A stretch of 64,000 bases of DNA, taken from positions 310,001-374,000 of the forward strand of contig NW_019029003.1 in NCBI RefSeq assembly GCF_002105155.1, in the 5' to 3' direction. Below the pieces are notes generated by a model. The model was not told the origin of the DNA. It did no database searches and worked only from the letters and a program-made list of their open reading frames with translations. Position numbers and translations under genes: made by a program. Each line of letters starts with the position of its first letter. Within the stretch, counting starts at the first letter, position 1. This document shows positions 25,038 to 38,549 of this stretch, in pieces. Origin of the DNA: Lobosporangium transversale (Eukaryota).

Positions 25038-25483
25038 CGTAGAAAGAAAAATAAACCTCAGTTATGAATGAATATGCCTTGCCTCTTCCTTTGGCAGTTA
25101 AAAAATAACAGCATTATCACCACTAATCAATGCTGCCATTGCGGTCGATAGATTGTCAGCAGGCACCCACAGCAAATACAGTGTCGTTGCTTATCGAAAG
25201 GAGCAACTGCCACCAAAAAAAAATAAAAATAAAAATAAAAAACAATAAAAATAAGAATAATGAACATTATGATTACCATTGTGGAGATATCTGCCATATT
25301 CATCTCGTCAGGAATGGTCGTTGAAGGATTCAATGTGACATTAGACAACTTCCGATTGAGCTGTTCAATAAGATCCTCTTCTTCCTCCTGCTCAAACCCA
25401 TGGTCTCTCGAGGAATGAGAACCTTTCTGTTTCTGTTGTGAGATTCCACGTGGTTTGCTGGTTGTTGGCGAGAGTGTCAACAT
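22158..25483 (-). CDS. Divergent importin-alpha-like armadillo repeat protein (multi-exon)
   Basis: ARM motifs of importin alpha: YETAWVVTNIAAGTTQQT, TIWALGNISGDGPPFRD, AVWCVSNLCRG, ILADTCWAM, SLRSLINIASG, GISNITAGTADQV, REAAWVVSNATS. Confidence 0.85.
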
Positions 25484-26479
25484 GGTGGACAAGGTGAACA
25501 AATGAGAATGGTTTATGGATCGGGATTGGCTGTATGCGAATGCGGGATGTGTGTAGTTTCTTTTTCTTTTTTTTTTTTTTTCTGTCCTCAGAAGAGATGA
25601 ATCAGAAATAAAGCCAGCAAGTTACAACGCAATAAAGGTTACAACAAGCAAAAAAAAAATAAAGAGAGAGAGAGAGAGACAGGACACACAGAGCTAGGCT
25701 AACAGGGTCGAAGTGAAGGTGAAAAAGAAGAAAAAGAGAGAGGCAAGTCTTTGAGTTTAAGGACATTACAGGGGGAGGAAAGGGAGGCTGACTGCTTCAC
25801 CACTTTTGACAAGGACAGGAACTAAGAGTTATTTCTTTTTTATTGTTTGTTACTTTTTTTTTTACTTGTCTTGCGTATTTGACTGACATTTGATTTAGCT
25901 TTCACTTTTTCTCTTTCTTCTAGTGTCTGTATGGATAGAGTCCTATGGGAGTGAGAGTATTGGACCTTTGTTTAATGCTTAGGAATCAAACTTAAGCATC
26001 AATGGAAAAAAACTTTTTTTGCTTGCTTCGTGCAATCCACCAAGTTCCTACAGGGGACAAGGACCAAAAGCCCATCAGACGCATCTTACTGGAATCATAG
26101 CCACACAAGGGACAACAGGTCCATGTTCCTTAAACACACTTTGCAACGTGCACGCATGCAATATCCATTTCATTTTTATTGTTCGTTTGAATAGTCAGAT
26201 AAGCGAAAAAATCGTTGCACAAGGATCTGCCATGGCAATTTTTTTTTTTTTTGAGGGGTATCAATTGTTAGTTCTAAAACATTAAACGATAAAACCAAGT
26301 CAACCACAGCGTGATAGTACATATCAAGAATCGAAAAGGTATTAAATGCTTTTACAAAAAAAAAATACAAAAGCAAAAAAAAACTAATAGTAATAGCAAT
26401 GTAAGTAATAAAGTGAATGAACAGGGTTGATGATGATCTATGGTAATTATACAATGTCGCTACTTCTATCCGGCAACTA

Positions 26480-27643
26480 CTACACCCAGCGTTCTCCTGT
26501 TTCAATTGCTGAAACAACTTTCTTGAGCACCGTTTCGACGCGATCATTCAAGAAGACAGTCCCTACAATACCTGCATTCTTCTTCGCTCCAGTCTCTTCA
26601 TCCTCCGATGCGCCCTCCAATGCTGCTGCCACGGCCATCTCTCGTCTCATCTCATCCTGAATAATCATAGGGATAGTTAGCATGACCTTTGATAACTTGA
26701 GCGTAAGCCGGAATCGCCCTAGGACATCCAGATATGCTAATGAACGCATACTATGATGGATATCCGAGAGCTGCTGCACCTGATCATGAACCAATGTCAT
26801 ATATTTCTTGCATCCTGTATACAAACAGAAATAAATGTGAGCCCTCAAGACCATCATAAAAAAAAAAAAAAAAGACCAATTGTCATTCAAAACCGTTAAA
26901 TCTTTTACCATGTAAAATAAAACGCAAGCGAAGAAACATCTCTTCAATCACTCCAATAACATCCTCCCCAAGCCTCACGCCACCTGCGTTGTTGTTCATC
27001 GTATCTAGATATCAAATAGCGTTTGATCATCAATGATTATGTGAGTTCATAGGTCATCAAATAAAAATGTAGATGAATAGAATAAATCTAAACCGCAAAG
27101 GTTTATATAAAAAAAAACTTACTGATCATATTTCGAATCACTTCAAAGTCACCATCCATAAACTCAAAAAATACTTGTGAAAGTACACTTTGCAGTGTCT
27201 CATCGCTCCCCAGCATGGTTCTGCCTGATGACCCTCCCGTTGAGTCATAAACAAACCGTGAAGAAGGCTTGGAAAGGGTCTCGTAGGCCAACGAAAGTTC
27301 TATATTTCCATTCATCCACAACAAATCAGTTTCTGTTAGTCTTATTTGCTAAAGAATGACAATCAACTGTTAACGAAATGCCCAGTGGTTTGCATGTGCC
27401 ATTCCAATGAATAGCATCCTCCTCTCAATGAGATCTGCCACATAGATAGTATACAAGCACACGAAACACATGTTTTCATAAAAAAACATAAATAAACTAA
27501 GGGAATAGTGTGTGTGAGGGCACAATTCAGTTCAGTTGAGGTCATGACGAGAGGGGGAATGTCAATCAGTTTACTATTAGATTCCTCCACGTGTAAATGT
27601 TATCTCCAAGAGAGGAAAAAAAAATATCTCGTGTAAAAAAAAC

Positions 27644-27674
<31 letters not shown>

Positions 27675-28710
27675 CATATTTGCTTGATGGTTGGGGTCTC
27701 CCAACTTACTCTGAAAGGCCTCAGTTGCACGCGGGTACTCTGGAAACTTGTCAGGATGACAGATTCGCGATTTGGCAATATAGGCCCTATATACATTAAA
27801 TGTAAAATGCATCAGTTATGACCATTTCCGTTAGCTATCAGGTACATTGGAAACAAGTCGTTTAATTTTATTTTTAAATCAGTGAAACAGTTCAGTAAAA
27901 CAGCAAAGCTTACCTTCGGATTTCTTCTGCTGTTGCTGTGCGACTCACTGCGAGGACACGATAGAGGTTTTCAGTCTCAAGGATATCATCCACCACTCGA
28001 TACCGTTCTTCAGCTGTAGTTGGGGCCTTGGAGACGTTTTCCTTTTCTTTGGTAGTACTCTTCCTGCTGTTGTTGGGACTACCGTTTTGTGTGCTCTGTT
28101 TGCTGCTGTAATGACCATGCATGGAGCTTGGTCGCGAAGTGTTCCCACTACTGTTGCTGTTACTGCTGGTATTTTCCATGTAGTTTCGTTTACGGGAGAA
28201 ATTATAGGAGGAAGAATGTGGTTCATGAGCAGCGGACTCGTGCAGTGGCGAAGACGGAGGTGTTCTTGGCATGGGTGATATAGATGGATTACGTCTACGA
28301 CTTGACCTCCTGTCCGAGGATGCACCACTGTAGCTGTAATGACCAGGTGAATGAGGTGGAGTCATGGGGATAGACGAAGACAAAGGTGGACCCCCGGGAC
28401 CGTTGGGATGGCTTCGACTGAAGTTATAGTTTGCATTACTGTGTCTGCGACTCTGCGAGAATCGTCGGCTATTATTAAAACCATTACTGCCATTAGGAGC
28501 AGGGCTGCTGTGAGGATGCGAAGAGGAAGAGGGGGAAGGAGAGGAATTAGAAGAGTGGTGATGGTGGTGATGGTGATGGTGAAGTGAACCAGGACCAGTG
28601 ACCGTAGTGGTGGTAGCGCTCTTGTTAGAGTGACCTTTGCCCAGTGCGGCCGAGGTACCTGACCAGACGGTGGACGCAATTGAGTATGTGAGACCAGGGA
28701 TGAAAGACAT
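26480..28710 (-). CDS. DnaJ/J-domain protein with low-complexity N-terminus (multi-exon)
   Basis: NLYRVLAVSRTATAEEIRRAYIAKSRICHPDKFP..ATEAFQ..LAYETLS..RFVYD reconstructed across introns; HPD motif present. Confidence 0.88.
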
Positions 28711-29430
28711 GCAGTGCAGACAATTAAAAGGGATCAGAAACAAGAGAAGTATGACAAACTTATGGGATAAAAAATAATAATAAAAGAAAAAAAGAAAAAG
28801 CGTACGAGAAAGTGTGTGAGAGTGAGAGAGTAAGAGAGAAAGGGGGAAGAGTAAAAAAGGGGTGTGTGGATGAATGTGTTGCTTGAAATGTCGATGAAAA
28901 AAAAAAAAAAAAAAAAAAAAAAAGATTCAAGTAAGAACACTAAAAGAAGGCCCAAAAAAGACTATGGTAAGAAACGCCCAGAAATGAATAAATACAAAGA
29001 TTTGAGCTGTGGTGATTTAGGTGTGGTGCAAGACAAGGAGGTGCACAGTCAATTGTGGGGGAGAAGGATGAAAAATGAGTTCTTGGTTGCAAAAAGAGAA
29101 AAGAGAGGAGCAACTGACAGTCAGTTATTCACAAGGAAAAAAAGATGGGGAGGAAGGAATCAGCAGCTTTTTCACAATGACAGAACAGAACAAATAGAGA
29201 CAGACCAAAGAGATTAAAATTTGAATTGACATGGGCTGACACGTGCAAGTCAATCCAAAAAGACATTCAAGCACAGCGGGAGAAAAAAAGGGAAAAAAGA
29301 AGGCTTAACAACAATAGACTTAATCAGACTATCGCACTCTTGCCTAATCCTCAACCTGAATTCGGCGGAGCGACATGTGCATCTCACAACCACTCTCTGT
29401 CTTTTCATCATACTATCATACTTTTGATTT

Positions 29431-29462
<32 letters not shown>

Positions 29463-29590
29463 CACTTTTTATCAGCTTTCAAATGGTGACACTCTCGACA
29501 CATGGCAGAGTAATGTAATGTGCACTGGGCATTGGGGACCGTGCTCTGCTTTTTTTTTTTACTTTTATTTTTTACTTTCATTGATAGAAA

Positions 29591-31144
29591 TTACCGCATA
29601 TACCTACCGATTGACTTCATAAATGTCTCCAGGTCATCGCGGTCAATCTCAATTACAGACTTGTCAAATCCTAGGCTTTTCACTGGAATTTTTTCGTTGT
29701 ATGATATCCTTTCAAAAACAGCCCCGAATTTACTACAGTTTATGAAAAAAGGGAAGAAACAACAATCTATTGAGTAAAGTGTTTTTTTTTTTTTTTTTTT
29801 TTTTTTATTGACCGTGCGTGAACACTGCGCAGATTGCATTTCGAAAGAACGATGTAACTTACTTGGGAATAACCTCGCCAATCACCGGCGCTCCCTGTAC
29901 TCCAGTCACTATAAATGTTTGTGTTTCTTCTTTGAGAACTGCAACCACAAGTGAAATTGGTTTGTGTCCCGCTTTTCGACTTCCATATTCCTGTGAAAGT
30001 AAAAAAAGATGCACATGTTAGTGTACACAGACCGAAACATAATGGTCAATATGAAATAAAAATGCAATAATTCAATTCTGGGGAGAAGCCTTTTTACCCT
30101 GATGGCATAGACCAGAAACTGAGCCAATTTGTTAAGCGTCAGTGGGTTCCAAAAAATAGGTAAATCAGGGCCATCTTTGAGAGTGGCGACACGACATGAT
30201 GATAGTGTGATGATAACCTGCTTCTCAATAATTGCGACTGCCTGACGAACAACTGCCTTCTGTATCTCCATACATAATCGTAATCCCTGCCGAAGTTGGT
30301 CATTCTCTCCCCCAGCAGCTTCTAATGAATCACATGCCTTGAAAAAGTTGTCATGCCACCATGATGTCGTTGATCCATTTGCTGTGCTGTCTTGCTTATC
30401 ACCAATATTGGCTATCACACCTACACCTAGCGTCTCCTCTGCTATACGTTCTGATCTATATCCAAGTGCCACTAATGCCTCTGGTGATGACTCCAAGAGA
30501 CTGGTGACTGAATATACAACATCACTGGCGCTTATCAGACCACGGTATCCATACGACCGTGTAAATGATGTGTACAGAATTTCATACAGCCCATATTCTG
30601 GTGCCACAGCCTCTAATCGATCCTTCAAGATCTTTTTTAGATCAATACTCATGTGCGCAAACACCTGATTACATTCCTCTAACGAAAAACTATGGATATA
30701 TTTTAAAACTCAGTCAACGGTCAGTAAAAAAAGAGAGAATTTTTTAAATGAATCGCACTGGAATTCAAACATGAATATTACCCCATTTTAGCAAACAGTG
30801 CCTGCAGGCGCTTTCGTCCAGGCTCACGCCAGATGCCTAGACGTGAGGCAACATAGCTGGAGTGATACATACTTTCGTATAAAGACCAATGGCGAACCAT
30901 CATAAATCTATACTCCTCAGCACAGCGAATGATGCCGTCTTCTGGAGTAGTAGTCATCACTGTCGCCAAGACGGCGTCATCCGGTAAACTTGATCCACTA
31001 CCTCGTGCTTGCCTGGAGACAGGCATTAGTCGCTCCGACTCATCTTTGTATATTTGCACCGTCTCCAGGTAGTCTTTGTGTCCAATTTGTTCATTTGTAT
31101 ATTGCGAAGTCAAACCAACAATTGCTAGCCTACATTTTTTTTTT

Positions 31145-31175
<31 letters not shown>

Positions 31176-32353
31176 CAAATAATATAAATAGAGTTAAAAA
31201 CACTCAAGGTCAAGATTCATTTGGTTTGATTGTTACTCATGCCCCCTTAAAACGTACCAAAGCAAGTCGGTCGATGTACGATCTAGCTGTGTTGCCATCA
31301 TATAGGTCTGATTAGATATTGATGTTCCATAGACAGAACCTCGAGACATATATTCTACAACGATTGCGCGTGCTGCTTTCCATTGACGGTTTAAATCTGT
31401 CGGTACTACTTCCGAGTCAATTCCAGTACGCCTCCGTTGACGTCGATGCCTCTCTTCCAGTTCGTCGTCACTGTTAGGTCCGTCGTCATTTTCGCTCTCT
31501 GCCTCCTCTTCATCAACATCATCTTCATCATCTTCATCGTCTGAATTAGGTCCTCGTCCATTCCTCGATACATATTCATTTTCCTGTACATTAGGAAAAA
31601 AAACGTTTAGCTGAAAATAAATAAAAAAATAAAAAGATAAAATTGAAAATGAAAAATGGACATACTTCCGTGAAAATGATGGCTTCTTTTTCCTGCAAAA
31701 GCTCCTTATCTAGATCATTTTCGTGAAATACAATAACTTCGTTGTTCCAGAACGCATTCCGAAGATTAATAGGTCGATGACTGTCAAGAACATAGATAGT
31801 GATTTCCTCAGATAGCTCGATATAATCTTCCAAATTGAAGAGGCCACCACAGTTCAGCATCAAGATTGAACGGATCTGTGAGAGAGAGAAAGATATGTCA
31901 AAGGTTTGTCCTGTGATATTTAAGTTTTTTTTTTCCTTTTTTCCTTTTTTTTTACTTACTGAGCTACTCATCGTCTTTGCTTCGGATTGAATATCCTCCA
32001 TACTCGCGACCGGGATAACGACATAGCTAATACAATCTGATTTTAGTAGCATCTATAACAAATATAATCATATGATTTACAGATCAGCATCTATAACAAG
32101 AAATATATGCAAAGCTCTGGATGGAGGACTTGTGTATTTTGTAGTATTATCCTGTGGATGATAAAATTATTCATGCATTATGGATTTGTCCACATGTGTC
32201 GTTGCGTACCGCCCACATCCTGAACGCACATATAGCGTCGACGTCCGCTGCGACAAAGAAGAGCACTGTGCTGCGTGTTCCTGGGTCATGGAATGCGGCA
32301 TTCTTGATGCGCTTATATGCGAGCGAGTAGTTTGCAAGCTTGACATGACCCAT
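29591..32353 (-). CDS. CDC45: DNA replication initiation/helicase factor Cdc45 (multi-exon)
   Basis: Motifs VAADVDAICA, LMLNCGG, YVLDSHRPINLRN, LAIVGLT, RFMMVRHWSLYESM, GRKRLQALFAKMG, SASDVVY, FDKSVIEIDRDDL. Confidence 0.96.
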
Positions 32354-32518
32354 TCCGACCAAGCAAAAGTATGCAGTAACTAAAGCTAACAACACAAGTG
32401 GCCCACACGAACGGATGTGTTTAAAATGATGAAATTCATAAAAATGCATCTAGATCAAAAGCAGGAGCTTGGAACATTTGCAGCACAATAGTCTATTAAG
32501 GGGATAGAAAAATACAAG

Positions 32519-32524
32519 ACGCGT
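32519..32524. promoter_or_regulatory. MCB (ACGCGT) cell-cycle box candidate upstream of CDC45
   Basis: ACGCGT about 165 nt upstream of the CDC45 ATG. MCB elements are established for fungal G1/S genes, but a single hexamer is weak evidence. Confidence 0.4.
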
Positions 32525-32546
32525 TTTTTATTATTGGTTGAATCAT

Positions 32547-35500
32547 CTATGACGAGGACTGCAACGATCCACAGTGAAGATGAACCACTTTCATATCCAC
32601 TGTCCTCATAAACACAGTGTCAGCTACAGCCGTACCACATACATGACAGATATCGTCTGCGGTAATAATTACTGGTCCCTGTGCTTCATAGAGCTGGTAG
32701 AGCTCCTCGCTTATCCGAAGGTTTTCTCCCAGAGAGAGTCCCTTGACAACCTGAATTTCCTTAAACTCATGGTAACTCCTACGTAGAGATCTTACAAGGT
32801 AACGCTGGAGCAATTCTACTGACCAAACTGGCGGCAACATGTGGATGACCTAAATATGGAGAGTATAATTATTATTTTTTAAAATATGACTATTTGACAA
32901 GGATATAAAAAGAAAGAAAACTGGTCTCACCTCTGCAATGTCCAAATATGACGATTGTGAATCCAAGAGAGACAATGCAAGCGCCACCATGCCCTGATCC
33001 TGCGCCAGGTGCAAATACTCTTGAAGTAAAATCATGAATAACTGCTTTTTTTTTTCTATTTCGGCCGTAGATTCCTTTGGTTGTGAACCCTCTGATGCGA
33101 GACCTCTAGATGTCCTTCTTGGACTCCTGAATACCCCTGCATTCAGACAAAATATTTCGGTCCCTTGATAGTCACTAATATCTTTAACCATAATCTTGAT
33201 GCATTCCTCATAACAAGCAAGCTACCAATGACAAAGATAAGGTAACCATTTTTAATGTGTGAACATATGTCTTAGCAAAAAGTAAAATAAAAATGCCCGA
33301 AAAGCCAGTCGTGGGTATAGTTCCTTACCCTAGCAAGTAGAATAGCCTTTTCAAATTTTAGATGGGAAACCGCTTCGACTTGAGGTAAGACAGTCGAAGC
33401 AGTATAGTGTACAGATAGTTGCAAAAGTAATGACAACTTTGAGCGGTAGCTGCATACAAGATCCGACTTTGCATGTGAATGCAAAAAAGCAGCAAAAGTA
33501 CTACTGTATGAGAGTACTGGAGCTGCCTTAGTGGTTGTATCCGAAGACTTTCGAGATCCATCGAGCCCAAGTAAATATCGCTTCTGGAGATTTGTAAATT
33601 CCAATACTATCGTCGAAGAAAGCGACGATATGATGATTAACTATGCTCATATTCCATTCATTGAAGGAGGATTTCTATGGAAACAGCAACATACCAACTT
33701 CGTTGTGTCGCGAGAGAGTATTCATGTCCTCTGTCAATCTTTTGATATTGTCCACATACATTTGTATGAGCATTTCATGGTGCTCTGAAGACTGTATAGA
33801 AGAGTCTCAAGAAAAGTTAACCACTTTTCTTATCAACCGTTTTAATGTCTTAATGGATATGTTCAAATAAAGCATTATTAAACCCACCTCACTTTTTCTC
33901 TGGATAACTACATATTCCATGTAAGTCAAGAGTCCTTCATTGCTGATTTTTGACTTACATTTTGCAAGCACTTGGTCCGGATCGAATAATGCCGCCCTTT
34001 TTGTTTCTCCAGGCATGAAAATCTTTTTTTTTTTTTTTTTTTTTTTGTATGGATGCCATGAGGGTCAGCGTACGCTGATCAGACATTAATCAAACACTGA
34101 CAGTTGAAAGTCATTTTACCTTCAGTCCAATGCTTTCATCCTGTTCCACGACCCACCATCCATATTCCTCTACAAGACTAATGTCTTGGAGCGATTGTAG
34201 CAGCGTAGCCATATCCTGAAGTCCCATATCGAACGAGTTGTCCTTAACCTCTCCAAGAAATAGACTGGAATTTTTTTTAATACCATATGAACATAAGATC
34301 TGGAGCGAAATTAAATAATAATAATAAAAAACCTCTATTATAGCCTAAAAATGCAAAAGGTCGTTTACCTTTTCCATAGAGAAAGTGTCATCTTGTAATC
34401 CTTCCTAGACTTGTACCAGATCGAGAGAGCATAATGCTTACCATTATCCTTAAGCTTTTGTTCACACAAGTCCGGGATGCATAGATTATTGGAATTAAGC
34501 AGCTGTATTAAACTGGCATCATCTCCACTGTCCACCCAGAGCCCAAGTAGTGCCGTATCTGTAGCCTTTGGAAAAGTTTAAAAAGAGCAATCAGCGATTC
34601 TGTCCTAAATGCAAAGTTACGAGCGAGCCTCCTTTCTCTATTTTTAATGATATAAATTGGGAGGGTACCTCAGCTTGAGGAAGTGGGCGATTTTTACGAG
34701 CTATACCCTCTTTCCGATACCGCGTAAGGTATTGCAAAAAGACTTCTTTTGCATTTCCCAGCAAAACCTTGCCAAATTCCTCGCTCTGTTCACTACCTGC
34801 TTTTGCTAGGTTATTAACTGCATACAGCCATAACAGGATTTTGTCAAAACTATGTCAGCTTCATTGAGTATATACTACTTAGTAATTGATCAGCAGCATA
34901 CAAAAAAAAAAAAAACACACTTACTGATATCTGGTAAAGTTCTTAGCCGTTCAATCTGATCCCTGATTCCTCGAAACAGGCTGACTTGACTCATAAGATC
35001 AACTCGTTGTAAAACATCAGGGAAAATGGATATAAGCACTCGTGGATCCATTCTTCCTCGTTGAAAAAGCCCAAACGCATCATCAAACAAAGTTTCACCA
35101 AGATAGATGAGGCCCGATTTTTGGTGAATATAATCCAATTCCATTTGCAAACGCTCTCTATGAAGGTTTTCTGAAGAGATTGTGGCAATAGTCTTCTCAG
35201 ACAAAAGCAATGCTTCTTCAACACGGCCCTGCTGTAGAAGCATATCGGCCTAAAACAGAAGAGCCATCGTATGGCACATACTCGTGTCAATCATAAGAAT
35301 CCGACATTTCCATATTTAGTTAGACAAAGATCCTAGTAACCCATGAAAAGACATCAAGTTATCAAATACCCACATGAAGTACTAATGGAGTTGTTACAAG
35401 CGCCGATACGCTGTCCTTTCCAGCAATTAGGATCCTTGCAAGAACATTTGGTAATCTGTTTGTGTCCTGCTGCTTTTGATCGATTCCTACTCCTTGTTGC

Positions 35501-37077
35501 GTGTCCTGGCTTCCTGTTAACAGAGTGAGCACCTTGGCCAAAGTTGACATCCATACTGTGATACCGGGTCCTTGCATAAGTGTCCGTAACTCGATGCTAG
35601 GATCAAGACGGATCGACTGAACTAACTTTTGATCCAAAATATTGTGGATTTCAATTATGTTGCCTCTCAAAAGAGCAGTAACGTATGGAAATTCCACAGC
35701 CAAGGCTCTAGGGTAGCTTGACCATTGCAGTGTTCCACGAACTGGGTCTCCTGATCCACTACAAAATATCCCAATGGCTGTCTGCCCTGAACTGGTAGCG
35801 CTGGCCAACAAAAACTCGTTTTCTGCAATTGGAAGGCATACAGGCTTGAGAACCTGAGCACTTGACCCAGGCCCATTTTGTACAACGGGTAAGACTGGGA
35901 TCATCCTGCCTACTCGAATGTCAATCAGATTGAAATCGTTTGAGTCCGCAACACAAACGATATTCCTCCATCTTGTAACAACTAGTGCGCCATTGGGGAG
36001 ATTCAATTCCTAATAGTTGCTCAATCGATGAAGATTATTCCCTTGTCAATGTGCTTTGCCTCCATCACATAAAACAAACTCCATTCAGCTTGATATCCAC
36101 CAGTGATCTGATACATACTCTTGGTTCTGATATAGCGTCGCTCCAAAGACTATAAAACTGAATAGTCCTCCGCTTCGTAATGCATAGGCGAACACTCCCA
36201 TCCTCGGCAAGTTGACCTCTTTGTGAACTATCGTCGCAGAATGCTGTAACCCCTTTAATAGGTGGTAAGACTTGATGGGCGAACGGAGAGAAACCCGGAA
36301 GGCTATAGAATGTCATGGCAGAATCTAGTAGGTGTACGTGTTTAACAAAGCCATTTAGCCCTCATAGATTTCGATCTCTTCCCATAAATCCTTTACTTAA
36401 AAAAGAAAAAAAAAAAAAAGAAAAAAAATTTGTAAGAACATACCACATAAAACAATGGCCATGCGAAGGCACGAAATAACCATGATACGCTCAACCACCT
36501 TCTTCCCGAACCCAAGAGTTTTCCTTTGGACAAGACGCGAGCGAGGTAAATCCTATTCGCGTTTTTTTTTTTTTTTTTTTTGTAATTATTTCGAGTGAGA
36601 AAAAGGGTCGAGATATCATGGTTCAATTTATGATTAAAAAACTAATGGTCATGCTCTAAAAGAATGGACTATTTGTTTCATACAGATTCAGAAGATATTT
36701 GTTCATCAATCGTATAATGAAGCAATATCCCATCAGATGTCCCAAGGTAGAGATGGTTCTCTATATTTTATAATGTGATGTAAAGGAAAAGACATAATCA
36801 AAAGTCAATAAGTGGAGGCTAAAAAAAACTATTTCCAATGCTTGGGCAATTCACCGCCATATGACCAACCAAAATTATCTATAGATTCAATGAGAGGTCG
36901 TGTATTCCTATTAAATATTCCTGAAGATTTTGAAACTGGACTACTTCCGCCCCCTGCTTGGCCTCCATGTGAGGGTCTGTCAAGAAAAGACCTCGACAAT
37001 GATGACGTTCCCGTAGCAGAAATGTCATCTAAGTGCACTCCACGCAGGAGCGGCTGAACTGTGTAGGTTGTAAACAT
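32547..37077 (-). CDS. Vps39/Vam6/Vps3-TGFBRAP1 family tethering subunit (CNH domain, clathrin-repeat helices, C-terminal Zn-finger-like motif)
   Basis: HLYLGTSDG, CNH motifs EFLLA..GIFCSGSGDPVRGTLQWSSYP, DPRVLISIFP, YQGTEIFC, C-terminal CHVC..VVHLHC; many GT-AG introns. Confidence 0.9.
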
Positions 37078-37314
37078 GAAGCCAAGCTGACAGAAATGAA
37101 AAGGGATGGGGAGGACGGCTGACTTAGAACATACAACAACATGCTCGCATGCAGTCAATTCCACGTTTCAAGCTTTCGATCGTGACCGTTTATTGGAAGC
37201 AAATTGGTGGCGTCTAGCCTACCACTAATGGAATGTGGCTTTGATCAGATGATAGAAAACCCAGTGTTGGCTGTGCACCATTTGAAAGACCTCTTTCACA
37301 ATAGGAATCTAAAG

Positions 37315-38549
37315 ATGGTACTGTCGGAGTGTAACTCACATCAATTGCATCCATCTGCCTCGGATTATGTTCAGATATACATCCATCAGGATAACGCTTT
37401 TATCGATTCATATCCGAGCACAGATCCATCATTTTACTTTCGCATTTTTGCTGGCATGGACATTGGCACTTGCTACATCGACACCATCAACATGGATGAC
37501 AACATTGTAGCACTAGAGGACTAATACTGCGATCCTTTCCCTTGCATTTCGCTAGCCTACCCGCCTTCATCACAACCGCAAGAAGAGAGGTCACGTCTCT
37601 GCCGGTCACGGTCGTGTTGGTGAGTTTCTATGGACAAATACACAAAGAAGCTCTTTCTCACTATTAAATGTCAAGGAAGAAAAACGATGAGATTATAAAA
37701 TCACATGGTTGAGGGTCAAAATCATCGTTGAATCTGAAAACCACGGACATACGGGAATCACAACTTTGCACAGGACATCAACAGAATAACTTCCGTGATC
37801 TGAGGAATGCTGTGTCGGAACCGCTGAAGTGTGATTTGCAGATTCTTTCGAAAATTATTGAAGTCCGTGTGGATGAGACCTAGGTAGTATTTGGACTAAC
37901 GACAACCAAAGGAACATCGGCATGATCTAGGGCTGATCTTTCAGTCTATCATTTCCTGCACGACGAGATGCTCAGGATTTTATCCTTAACTTATAATGCA
38001 AGCAGAGCCGGAACGCTGAATCAATCGTCAAAGCTAGTGTTATGCTACTGCATCCACCAATAAGCTGCTTGGGCAACCGTGATTTAAATGCATAGAATAT
38101 TTCGCCATAAGCACTTTACATACATTACTTGATACTTTTTGCTCACGTTTCAATGTTTTATTATTCTTTTAGGCAAGCACCGCAAGCACCCCGGTGGTCG
38201 TGGTCTTGCTGGTGGCCAGCACCACCACCGCATCAACATGGACAAGTACCATCCTGGTTACTTCGGTAAGGTCGGTATGCGCCACTTCCATTTGACTCGC
38301 CAGAGCTACCACCGCCCTATCGTCAACTTGGACACTCTTTGGAGCCTCGTTTCCGAACAGACTCGCAAGAACGCTGCCAAGAACACCGAGATCGTCCCCG
38401 TCATTGACACTCTCCGTGCTGGATACGGCAAAGTTCTTGCCAAGGGTCGTCTCCCTTCTCAGCCCGTTATCGTCAAGGCCCGCTATGTCTCTCGTGCTGC
38501 TGAGCAGAAGATCAAGGCTGTCGGTGGTGTCGTTCAGTTGGTTGCTTAA
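37315..38549 (+). CDS. RPL28: 60S ribosomal protein uL15 (yeast L28 / mammalian L27a)
   Basis: ATG-only first coding exon 37315-37317; exon 37556-37619 [22 protein letters not shown]; exon 38173-38549 [36 protein letters not shown]. Confidence 0.97.

Noticed and set aside
29704..29712. ATATCCTTT as a U12-type splice donor
   Set aside because: It lies on the + strand, antisense to a CDC45 coding exon.
37204..37524. 106-aa ORF upstream of RPL28
   Set aside because: Non-ATG start and overlaps the RPL28 5' UTR, start codon and intron 1.
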